Position numbers and translations under genes: made by a program. The notes under the pieces were generated by a model that saw only the letters and a list, made by a program, of their open reading frames with translations, searched no databases and was not told where the DNA came from. Shown here one piece after another: positions 12,601 to 20,816 of a stretch of 58,642 nucleotides of DNA. Origin of the DNA: an uncultured Planctomycetaceae bacterium (GTDB lineage: Bacteria > Planctomycetota > Planctomycetia > Pirellulales > PNKZ01). Numbering within the stretch: position 1 is the stretch's first letter; every line of letters starts with the position of its first letter. The stretch covers positions 85,453 to 144,094 of the forward strand of contig CAYLYE010000001.1 of assembly GCA_964387325.1 (NCBI GenBank), written 5' to 3'.

Positions 12601-12788
12601 GGAGCCAGGCCAGGGGCTTCGGTCAAGATCGTGACCCGGGGCCGATTCAAATCCGGAAACACGTCGATGGGCAACCCATACAACACATAGCTGCCGTAGA
12701 CGAGCGCCACGAGCGCCGCCACGAGCGTGAGCAGTCGATAACGAAGGGCCAACTTGATAACGGCGTTGAGCATGAAGACTCGTGGCAA
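9612..12788 (-). CDS. CusA/CzcA-family heavy-metal efflux RND transporter (1058 aa)
   Basis: Typical HME-RND length and sequence, for example [41 protein letters not shown] and [20 protein letters not shown]. Confidence 0.95.
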   Translation of the reverse strand: [1058 protein letters not shown]

Positions 12789-12837
12789 AATGAGCGATGA
12801 GGCTTGGATCCGGTGTCGGAATCGGTCGTCGTGTGCG

Positions 12838-14259
12838 CTAGTGGTTATGGCCTGCGTGCGGATCGACTCCGCCGCCGGCTTTGTTTTTCAAGGCCAACTG
12901 CAATTGCTGTGCGGCTGACAGTGCGATGCGTTCGCCGGGAAAGATCGAGCCATCGTTGGCGATGACCACCGACTGGGGATCACGGTACTCGACACGCACG
13001 GCTTGTCGATCGAAGCGTGCGCCGTTGGCGCGAAATACATAGTTCTCGACGCCCTCTTGAGCCACGGCGTCGGTGGGTAACACGATGCGCTCGGTCCAGC
13101 GTTCGACCGGCACGCGCAGCTGCATCCGCTGACCCGGTTTGTACCGCCACTCGACGAATCGCTGGCTCCCTGTGTCGCGCGTATCGCGCACGGTCTGATT
13201 CGGCAAGATGACGTAAAAATGCAATGCGCGTGAACTCAGGTCGACGCGATTGGCTACGTACGCCATATGCAGGTCGCCGATCTGGTTCGCCGCCGAGACC
13301 TTGCCTTCAAGGATCGCCGTGACCATCGTATCGTCGGCGACGGCTTGCGTAATATGCGGCGCGTCTTGCTCGAAGGCCTCGCCTTCGATGAGCAACTCAC
13401 GATGGTCGGTCAACACGGCCAGCGTGTCTCCGACAGTTACGTGTTGACCATGCTCGACCTTGAGCTCCTGGACTTGCAGGATGACTTCATCCGTGGACAC
13501 CGGCGTCGGGTTGGCTTTGCTCGGCGCGCGGACGGTGATGGTGCTCAGCAGCGTCCGCGTTTTCAGGATACTTTCGACCTGGGGCTCGGTTAGCCCATGC
13601 AGCAATAACGCTTGCCGTTGGGCGCGGTGTACGGCCTCTTGCTTCTGTTGCTCGTATTTGCGTTCCAGAACGGTCTTCATAGCAATAACCCCTTCGGAGA
13701 TGCTTTCGAGCCGGGCAATTTCGCGTCGCACCACGTCCAGTTCCTCAGTCGTGCGCAGCAAGTCGGCTTGGGCTTGCACCAACTCTTCGTGCGTGAGCCG
13801 AACCTCGAACAACGCCTGATCGGGCGAGACCGCTTCCCCTTCGGTGGGATGTATCTTGGTCACGTAACCGGTCATCGGCGCGATGATGTCGATTTTCGAG
13901 CGACCGCGCCGTTCGACAACAATACCCGGCACGCTGATCGTGCGATCAAACGCTGAGAGCGCCACGGGCCCTTCACGCAACCCAATACTGTCGCGTGCTT
14001 GATTGCTTAACTCCAGCGAGTGCTCCTCGGCGTGGCTGGCATGCGCATGGTCGTGACCGACGTGAGCTGGAGATGATGCTGCCGTGGGAGTGACGTGGCC
14101 GCTGGCGCTCTTGCCAAGTGCCAGCAGCAGTTGCTCACGCACTGCGGGCAGCGACCAGCCACACGCGGCAATCAGTACGATTCCAACGACCCAGCCGAAA
14201 GGTCCTCGCGAAGGACGACGGACGGTCGATGGCGGTGTGAGTGGAGTTACGCTAGACAT
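12838..14259 (-). CDS. Efflux RND periplasmic adaptor (membrane fusion protein) with His-rich N- and C-terminal tails
   Basis: It has HlyD/MFP-like coiled-coil and beta-barrel regions, HVGHDHAHASHAEEH near the N-terminus and DPHAGHNH at the C-terminus. The start is set at ATG 14259; the ORF-track start at 14292 is a TTG. Confidence 0.9.
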   Translation of the reverse strand: MSSVTPLTPPSTVRRPSRGPFGWVVGIVLIAACGWSLPAVREQLLLALGKSASGHVTPTAASSPAHVGHDHAHASHAEEHSLELSNQARDSIGLREGPVALSAFDRTISVPGIVVERRGRSKIDIIAPMTGYVTKIHPTEGEAVSPDQALFEVRLTHEELVQAQADLLRTTEELDVVRREIARLESISEGVIAMKTVLERKYEQQKQEAVHRAQRQALLLHGLTEPQVESILKTRTLLSTITVRAPSKANPTPVSTDEVILQVQELKVEHGQHVTVGDTLAVLTDHRELLIEGEAFEQDAPHITQAVADDTMVTAILEGKVSAANQIGDLHMAYVANRVDLSSRALHFYVILPNQTVRDTRDTGSQRFVEWRYKPGQRMQLRVPVERWTERIVLPTDAVAQEGVENYVFRANGARFDRQAVRVEYRDPQSVVIANDGSIFPGERIALSAAQQLQLALKNKAGGGVDPHAGHNH

Positions 14260-14312
14260 GATCGCACCTGCATGAACAAAGGCTGAAAACAACGTCTTCT
14301 CGGCGCGGAATT

Positions 14313-14414
14313 ATTGATCCTCAGCTAAATGGCTTAACTAGGCCAAGCAACGCGAGGCTGGTATTTCCGGACTCCCGCTGGTCGTCCTGTTAAGTTCATG
14401 ATCTGAGCCTCAAT
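14313..14414. repeat. Copy B of the ~100-nt repeat
   Basis: See copy A. It lies between the His/Cys-rich gene and the MFP gene, so copies A and B bracket exactly the MFP, RND pump and lipoprotein genes. Confidence 0.8.
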
Positions 14415-14482
14415 ACCCAATGAGGGATCGCGACCGAGAGATCAAACGAGCACACACGGCCGAGAATGCCGCGCGCAGAGCG

Positions 14483-14941
14483 TCAGATTAAGAAACGCTC
14501 GAAGATGGAATGCGGGCGCAGGCCCGAGTAAACAAACGGATCGGGCGCAAACTGAAAGGCGGCCGAGGTACCTAACAACAGTGCTAAGTGGTCGCAGATG
14601 ACATGCGAGCTGAGAACGCTCACAATGGGCAGCGTCACCTTCGCACTGCGAGTTGCCACGCACCGGCACCCATCGCAGTCGTGCTCGTGTTGAGAGAGCA
14701 AGACGCTCGGTTCAGACTCGCTCGGTTCGTGGGCGTCTTCGTCCGCGTGAGCGGTGTGATGATCGTGGCCCGAGCAAATTGGATCGGCACACGCCTGGGT
14801 GGTCTGGTGATGCACGTGCATGCAGCACCCCACGGTGAAATGGATCACCATGGTCACGGTGGCAATGATCGCGATGAATGCACGCACAGCTCGTTGGCTC
14901 CCTTGATCGCCATTCTGCGCAGCGCGCCTGGGCCGAGTCAA
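14483..14941 (-). CDS. Small His/Cys-rich membrane-anchored protein upstream of the efflux genes; start uncertain
   Basis: One hydrophobic helix (AFIAIIATVTMVIHFTVG) is followed by CCMHVHH, CSGHDHHTAHADEDAH and HEHDCDGCRC. The annotated start is a TTG, and the first in-frame ATG (14851) would cut the helix. Confidence 0.55.
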   Translation of the reverse strand: MTRPRRAAQNGDQGSQRAVRAFIAIIATVTMVIHFTVGCCMHVHHQTTQACADPICSGHDHHTAHADEDAHEPSESEPSVLLSQHEHDCDGCRCVATRSAKVTLPIVSVLSSHVICDHLALLLGTSAAFQFAPDPFVYSGLRPHSIFERFLI

Positions 14942-14987
14942 CCGTGATTCGCTTCGTGAGTCTCCGCTGTGTAACGATCGTGGTCGG

Positions 14988-16628
14988 CTATTTCTTCTCG
15001 TTCTGTTGCAATTGCTTCCCCAGTATCGCGGGGACGAAATTGTTCAGATCGGTCCAAAAGGTCCCTTGGCCGGCATAGACCAAGTTGAGTTTGATGTCGC
15101 TGGGCAAGGCGTTGGCGAAGACCCAAAGGTTGTAGGCTTCGCCGGATCCGAAGGCCTCGACGGCCAGTTTGAACTTTTGGGCCTGAGCCTCTTGCAGCAG
15201 CCGATGAGCTTGCGACTTAGCCTGCCCTAGCATGATTTGGGCATTCTTCTCTTGCTCGGCTGTTTGACGATCGACCGTAGCCGAGATCTTGATCGTCTCG
15301 GCACGAGTTTCCTCGGCGGTCTTTTGTCCCTCGGCAATGGTGCCGGCGACCTTCTTCTCGGTTTCGACCTTGATCCGACCCGCTTCCAATTCCACCTTGC
15401 GTTCAGCCTCGCGTAAGTTGGCTTCGAGCTTGGCGGTCTCTTGCTCGGCCTCGCGGGTCAACTGCAACTCGATGGCAATGTTCTTGTTCTGGATCGGGAC
15501 GCGTACATCGGTCGGAATATAAATGTGTCGCACCAGACCATAGAGCAGCGTGACGTGGTTCTTATCCATCACACTCTGGAACAGCTTGGAGACGTCGTCC
15601 TGAAACTGTTGCCGCGACTCGCCGACGAGCAACTCGACGGCGCCGTTGGCCGAGCCCTTTTCGCGACAGATGCTCTCGATCTGTGGCACGATCAGCCGCT
15701 CTTCAACGGCCATGATCGTGCCATAGATTTCGACCAAATGCGGAGCCTGCTCAGGCAGAATGCCCCAGATGGCCGTAAAGTCCATGTGGATCGGAAACCC
15801 GTCGTTGCTAGGAAAATTGATCCCTTCCGAGCTATCGGCGACCGAGGGTTCACCGGCATCATCGAAGATGACATTGCCCTTGGCATCGACCTTCTTTTTG
15901 ACCGAGCGGCTGGTCTCGCGATAGCCGATCTCGACGATGTCGACTTGTCGTTCGAACGGATTGAGCGGGTAAATGCCCGGCTGCAAAATATCTTTCTGTA
16001 CGCCCGGCACCGCACCGGTCTTGGGGTCGTCCGTAAGATTGGTGACCACGCCGCAATAACCGGTGGGAATACTGACCCAGCCGGAGTACTTGGGCTGTCC
16101 CAGTGATTGGTCGATTTTCGTGTCGATGATTTTGAAGTCATACGCATACGGGTTGACTCGGTAGCGGCCGGGTCCAAAGACCTTGCGAAGATTTCCGCGC
16201 TGGGTCGTGTGGTCGAGATCTCCATCGATGACAACGTTCGTGCCTTGCGATAGTTCTTCGCCCACCTTGCTCGTGGCGATACCGACCTGGCAGAGGATCG
16301 ACTGCGGATCAATCCGTTTGGCCGGCAACGGTTCGACGAGGTTGTCTTTGACCGGCTCTCGAATCCACCAGACCGGGCAGTAAAAATGTCGGCCGGGCCC
16401 CACCATCCGTTCGAGCACGCCGATCTCGCCATCCTCGTAGCGGGCCAGTCGATTGGCTGGCGGACGCTTGGATGAGCCGAACAACAATGGACCCTTGTAG
16501 GTCAAACGCAGGCTCTCGCCGGCGGGGACCCACACGCGATTAACGGTCCAGTGGAACACCGTGCCCGCGACGATGAGAAGTAGACCGAACCACATCAGGT
16601 GAGCAAGTCGCATGGTTTTCGCTTTCAT
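14988..16628 (-). CDS. SPFH/band-7 (flotillin-like) membrane protein, paralog 2 of a tandem pair
   Basis: N-terminal TM helix, an SPFH core, and a long Glu/Ala/Lys-rich coiled coil (EAEQETAKLEANLREAERKVELEAGRIKVETEKK). Its start overlaps the upstream stop in an ATGA overlap. Confidence 0.85.
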   Translation of the reverse strand: MKAKTMRLAHLMWFGLLLIVAGTVFHWTVNRVWVPAGESLRLTYKGPLLFGSSKRPPANRLARYEDGEIGVLERMVGPGRHFYCPVWWIREPVKDNLVEPLPAKRIDPQSILCQVGIATSKVGEELSQGTNVVIDGDLDHTTQRGNLRKVFGPGRYRVNPYAYDFKIIDTKIDQSLGQPKYSGWVSIPTGYCGVVTNLTDDPKTGAVPGVQKDILQPGIYPLNPFERQVDIVEIGYRETSRSVKKKVDAKGNVIFDDAGEPSVADSSEGINFPSNDGFPIHMDFTAIWGILPEQAPHLVEIYGTIMAVEERLIVPQIESICREKGSANGAVELLVGESRQQFQDDVSKLFQSVMDKNHVTLLYGLVRHIYIPTDVRVPIQNKNIAIELQLTREAEQETAKLEANLREAERKVELEAGRIKVETEKKVAGTIAEGQKTAEETRAETIKISATVDRQTAEQEKNAQIMLGQAKSQAHRLLQEAQAQKFKLAVEAFGSGEAYNLWVFANALPSDIKLNLVYAGQGTFWTDLNNFVPAILGKQLQQNEKK

Positions 16629-18178
16629 GGCTGGTTACCTCGGGTGGTCTTGGGCGTCGGAGCAGCGGCATCGGTCGGCTGAGCAAACGCGCGGAAGATA
16701 TCCATGATCGGACTATCAGCCGTGTTGGCCATGATCGACTTGTAGGCAGGCGCCATTTTCTGATAGAGCACATAGCGGGCGAACTTGAGCCCGTCCCCGC
16801 TAAAGGCCGCGACCGACTGCTTCCAGCCGGCCGCCTCGGCTTCATTGTTGAACTCGACGACCTTCGCGGCCGCTTCGCCCCGCAACTCGATTGCGGCCGA
16901 TTCGTCCTTGGCGGCTTCAAGCTTCAACTTCGCAACAGCGAGTTCCTGATTCGCCAAGGTCACGGCCACCTGCTGCTTCTGCAAAGCTTCGGTGGTCAGC
17001 TTGACCACCTGCTGCTCGGCTTGCACCAGCGACTGCTTTTGCTTGACGAGTTCGTTCTGAATCGCCAGTTCTTGTTCCGACTCTTGCTGCTTGGTCTGTT
17101 GGATGTACTGTTGTTGTTTTTGCTTGGCGATCTCGCGAGAACGTAGCGGTTCGGCGATCTTCTCCGGAGGTCGGATGCGTGTGATCTGCGCGTCCACGAT
17201 CTCGATGCCGAGTGTTTCGCAGGCCCGCACCATGTCGGCCCTGAACTTCTCGGCAAACACGGTTCGGGTCGTCCCCTGGATCAGCTCGCGACCCAAGTTG
17301 TTCGAGCCTTGCAGTCGTGAGAACGAACGGGCATTGGGCAGAATGATCTTGTTGCGAATCTCTTCGTCGATGGTGTCGGGCAGTCCATCGTTCTTGAACT
17401 CGTTGTAGAGTACAAACACTTCAGATGCCTTTTCGGGGATCACGCGAAACTCGACAATGCCATCGAGGCTGACCCAAAAGCCGTCCTTGGTCGGAAAGCC
17501 CAAGTCGCGATCCTCGGAGAGATCGATCCGCTGTCGGCGGCAGTCAACCAGATTCACGCGCGTGACGAACGGGTTCAGGTAATAGGTGCCCGGATCGAGG
17601 GTCTTGTCCTGCACGCCTCGTTCCCCCTCGTCGACCGTCGTGCGATTGGCGTTCTTGGACATCGGGCCAACCAGATTCGTGACCACTCCTTTGTAACCGG
17701 CCGGTATCGTGACCGGATCGTACAGATCGATTCGCTCGGCGTAGGGATTGATCGCATAGCGGCCCGGTCGCAAGGGGTCGCGCAAGATGCCCTTTTGCGT
17801 CGTTTGTGACGCGAGGAACTCGCCATACGGCAGATCATCTCCATAGAGCCGGGTCATCACCCCGATCTTGCCCGGCGGCACCTCGAACTGCGGCACAATT
17901 TCCCATTCCCAGTGGTAGGGGTTGTAAAAGTACCGACCCTCGCGGAGCACGTCGAGTTGCACTCCTTTATGTTCCGGCGAAGGAGCAATTTCGTCCGAGT
18001 TCTCCAGATCGAGCCCCGTCTTATGAACCAGCACCGCCACAAAAGCGGCCGGTACCTGAATGCGGCTCATCTCATAGCTCAGCCAGAGCATCATCAGCAG
18101 CAGCGGCACGCCGGCGAGCACAACCCACTTGAAGCGGTTGAAATGCTCGCCGCCACGACCTATTTCGATGACCGACAT
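16625..18178 (-). CDS. SPFH/band-7 (flotillin-like) membrane protein, paralog 1
   Basis: Same architecture as its neighbour. The start is set at ATG 18178 (MSVIEIGRGG), which is preceded by aaggaagg. The ORF-track start at 18268 would overlap the upstream regulator gene. Confidence 0.85.
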   Translation of the reverse strand: MSVIEIGRGGEHFNRFKWVVLAGVPLLLMMLWLSYEMSRIQVPAAFVAVLVHKTGLDLENSDEIAPSPEHKGVQLDVLREGRYFYNPYHWEWEIVPQFEVPPGKIGVMTRLYGDDLPYGEFLASQTTQKGILRDPLRPGRYAINPYAERIDLYDPVTIPAGYKGVVTNLVGPMSKNANRTTVDEGERGVQDKTLDPGTYYLNPFVTRVNLVDCRRQRIDLSEDRDLGFPTKDGFWVSLDGIVEFRVIPEKASEVFVLYNEFKNDGLPDTIDEEIRNKIILPNARSFSRLQGSNNLGRELIQGTTRTVFAEKFRADMVRACETLGIEIVDAQITRIRPPEKIAEPLRSREIAKQKQQQYIQQTKQQESEQELAIQNELVKQKQSLVQAEQQVVKLTTEALQKQQVAVTLANQELAVAKLKLEAAKDESAAIELRGEAAAKVVEFNNEAEAAGWKQSVAAFSGDGLKFARYVLYQKMAPAYKSIMANTADSPIMDIFRAFAQPTDAAAPTPKTTRGNQP

Positions 18179-18236
18179 GACGACCTTCCTTGAGTGTGAG
18201 GAACGTTGAGGTGCGGTTTCAGATGAGCCAACAGGC

Positions 18237-19658
18237 TTAGCGCGCGGCGACTCGCGGCGGCTCTTCAACCCCCAGCCGCTTCATCTTCTTATACAGCGTC
18301 GTACGATTGATGCCCAGCGCATCGGCCGTCGCTTGTCGATTCCAGTCGTGCTCTTCAAGCATTTGAATGAGAATCTGACGCTCGGGGCCTTCCAAGGCGC
18401 TCTTGAGCGCCTTGCCCTGCGGCATCTCGACACTCACCGGCACCGTGTTAAGCACGCTCGGCGGCAAATCGTCGAGCCGCACGACGTCCCCCTTGCCCAA
18501 CAGCACGGCCCGCTCGATAACGTTTTGCAACTCGCGTACATTACCCGGCCAGCGATAGCGCTGCAAAGCATTGAGCGCCTCCTCGCTGAACCCGTTGACC
18601 TTTTTACCCGAGTCGGCCACAACCCGCGCGAGAAAATGTTCAGCCAACAACGGGATGTCGGAGAACCGCTCGCGCAACGGCGGCAGCTCGATATTGATCA
18701 CGTTCACGCGGTAGAACAAGTCTTGGCGGAACTTGCCCGCCGCAACGAGCGTCTCGAGATGCTCGTTCGTGGCGAGCACGACGCGCGTATCGACGTGGAA
18801 CGTCTTGGATCCGCCCACCTGTTCAAACTCGAACTCTTGCAGCACGCGCAACAACTTGACTTGCAAGCCGGGCGTGGCCGTGCCGATCTCGTCCAAAAAC
18901 AGCGTGCCAGTGTCGGCTTGCTTGAACTTGCCCATCTTGTCGACCGTGGCGCCTGTAAATGCTCCGGCCACATGGCCAAACAGTTCGCTCTCTAAAAGCG
19001 TCTCGGGCAACGCGCCGCAAGCCACCTCGACAAACGGCTGGTCGCGCCGACCGCTGCGACGATGAATGGCGCGGGCGAGCAATGACTTGCCCGTGCCGCT
19101 CTCGCCCGTAATGAGAATCGTGGCGCGGGTGTCAGCCACGCTCTCGATCATGTCATACACCTTGCGCATGCGCTGGTCATGGCCAACGATGTTCTCCAGA
19201 CCAAATCGCAAGTCGAGCTGCTGCTTGAGTTGTTTGTTCTCTTCGATGACGTGCCGCGTGTTGAGCGCCCGCTCGATGGCCATCTCAAGCTCTTCATCAA
19301 TGAGCGGCTTGGTGAGCATGTCAAACGCGCCGGCCCGGAGGGCATCGATCGCCGTGTCGACCGTGCCGTAGCCGGTGATCAGAATCACGGTCGTGTCGGG
19401 ATGCTGCTTGCGGCAGTCTTCGAGCACGTCGAAGCCATCGTCTTCGCCCAGTCGAATGTCGCACATGACCAGATCGAAGGTGCGGCGCTTGAAGGCCGCG
19501 TTAGCCGTGGCGCGATTGACGGCCGTTTCGACCTCGTAACCCTGGCCACGCAACCAGTCCCCCATCGACTCGAGCAGATGACGATCGTCATCAACAAGCA
19601 ATAACGAAGCACGCTTGGGTTGGACTTTGGTCTTCACGGCAAACCTCACGCAGGGCAA
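18237..19658 (-). CDS. Sigma-54-dependent response regulator (REC, AAA+ and Fis-type HTH domains; NtrC family)
   Basis: REC domain with LLLVDDD and MCDIRLG; Walker A GESGTGKS; an intact GAFTGA loop; C-terminal [23 protein letters not shown]. Confidence 0.95.
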   Translation of the reverse strand: MPCVRFAVKTKVQPKRASLLLVDDDRHLLESMGDWLRGQGYEVETAVNRATANAAFKRRTFDLVMCDIRLGEDDGFDVLEDCRKQHPDTTVILITGYGTVDTAIDALRAGAFDMLTKPLIDEELEMAIERALNTRHVIEENKQLKQQLDLRFGLENIVGHDQRMRKVYDMIESVADTRATILITGESGTGKSLLARAIHRRSGRRDQPFVEVACGALPETLLESELFGHVAGAFTGATVDKMGKFKQADTGTLFLDEIGTATPGLQVKLLRVLQEFEFEQVGGSKTFHVDTRVVLATNEHLETLVAAGKFRQDLFYRVNVINIELPPLRERFSDIPLLAEHFLARVVADSGKKVNGFSEEALNALQRYRWPGNVRELQNVIERAVLLGKGDVVRLDDLPPSVLNTVPVSVEMPQGKALKSALEGPERQILIQMLEEHDWNRQATADALGINRTTLYKKMKRLGVEEPPRVAAR

Positions 19659-20075
19659 TGAGTTAGGTCAATTTTATGGGTCGAAGCCTCCCGATTCATG
19701 CATCCGTGCCAAGTGTCCGGGTTGTAAAACAGGGCACCTGGGGAGAATTAATCCGTCGCCAATCATCTACGTCACAGGTTGCCAGACGTCAACGAATGAG
19801 CGATTTCGCCTCACTTAAACCTCGCTCATTGAGCCCGACGCCAGCTATTCCCCCCTCAACAGACAGGCAAAAACGGTATAAACTCTACGAGCGGTTTAAG
19901 GTCCGCCGCGATTGACGGTCGCACGTGGCGGTTCACCCCCATATTAGGACCGTGGCAATCCCAGCCCATTCGGGCTACCTTGAAGGCAATTCTCAGCTAG
20001 AGTTGTGGAATCATCGAAGGTTGATGGTTCGATCCTGACGGCGTCGGCACTTTTCATTTGGGAGACGATGTAACA

Positions 20076-20708
20076 ATGGCTATTCGATTGGTGATTGCCG
20101 ACGATCATGAACTCGTTCGTTCCGGGGTGGTAAGTCTGCTCGAAGGAGCCGACGTTGAAGTCGTCGCCCAGGCGGCGAGCGGTCCCGAAGCAGTCGAGCA
20201 GTGCCAAAAACATAAGCCCGATGTTCTGCTCCTTGATATTCGCATGAAGGACACCGACGGCTTGACGGCGCTCGAGGAAGTTCGCAAGACGGTCCCTGAG
20301 GTCAAGGTGCTCATCCTGTCGACCTACGATAATCCGACCTACATGGCTCGGGCTCACGCCCTGGGAGCCAGCGAATACGTGCTCAAGGGATCGAGCCGCG
20401 AACAGTTGCTCGGCGCGCTCGCGGCGGTGGTGGCGGGCGAAGCCCCCTCGAAGTTCGGCGAACTGCAAAAAGTCGCCGGCACCATGTCGGTACGCCAAAA
20501 GCAAGTCGACGACGAAGTCCAATTAACCCATCGCGAGACTCAAGTCCTACGGCACCTCGCCCTGGGCTTAAGCAATAAAGAGATCGCGCAATCGCTGTCG
20601 ATCAGTGTCGAGACCGTCAAGGAACACGTCCAACACCTGCTCCGCAAGATGGACGTAGCCGACCGCACTCAGGCCGCCGTTTGGGCCGTGCGAAAAGGAC
20701 TCGTGTAG
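20076..20708 (+). CDS. NarL/FixJ-type response regulator (REC plus LuxR HTH)
   Basis: It has MAIRLVIADDHELVRSG, LLLDIRMKDTDG, and the LuxR HTH LTHRETQVLRHLALGLSNKEIAQSLSISVETVKEHV. The start is ATG 20076, with gggaga upstream. Confidence 0.9.
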   Translation: MAIRLVIADDHELVRSGVVSLLEGADVEVVAQAASGPEAVEQCQKHKPDVLLLDIRMKDTDGLTALEEVRKTVPEVKVLILSTYDNPTYMARAHALGASEYVLKGSSREQLLGALAAVVAGEAPSKFGELQKVAGTMSVRQKQVDDEVQLTHRETQVLRHLALGLSNKEIAQSLSISVETVKEHVQHLLRKMDVADRTQAAVWAVRKGLV

Positions 20709-20816
20709 AAACCGGCTAATTGCGAAGTGACCATTGCTCAATCATAAAACGGCTCGCGCGTCAGCGCTCGGCCTTTGATCGCTTAGCACGCTTCACTTCT
20801 TCCATCACACGGCTCG

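Noticed and set aside
19694-19712. Sigma-54 -24-like element on the minus strand (cTTGGCACGgatgcatgaat), ~40 nt upstream of the NtrC-type gene
   Set aside because: The -24 half is good, but the position where TTGC should lie reads CATG. There is no GC dinucleotide at the required 10-nt spacing from GG.
19676-19915. 79-aa ORF in the divergent intergenic region between the two regulator genes
   Set aside because: It is Arg/Ser/Pro-rich with no motif. The region is more plausibly the shared promoter region of the two genes.
20021-20045. tRNA-like T-loop sequence ggttcgatcc in the intergenic region between the two response-regulator genes
   Set aside because: The flanking 5-nt arms (gatgg / ctgac) do not pair properly. 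No acceptor stem, D-arm or anticodon arm can be drawn around it.
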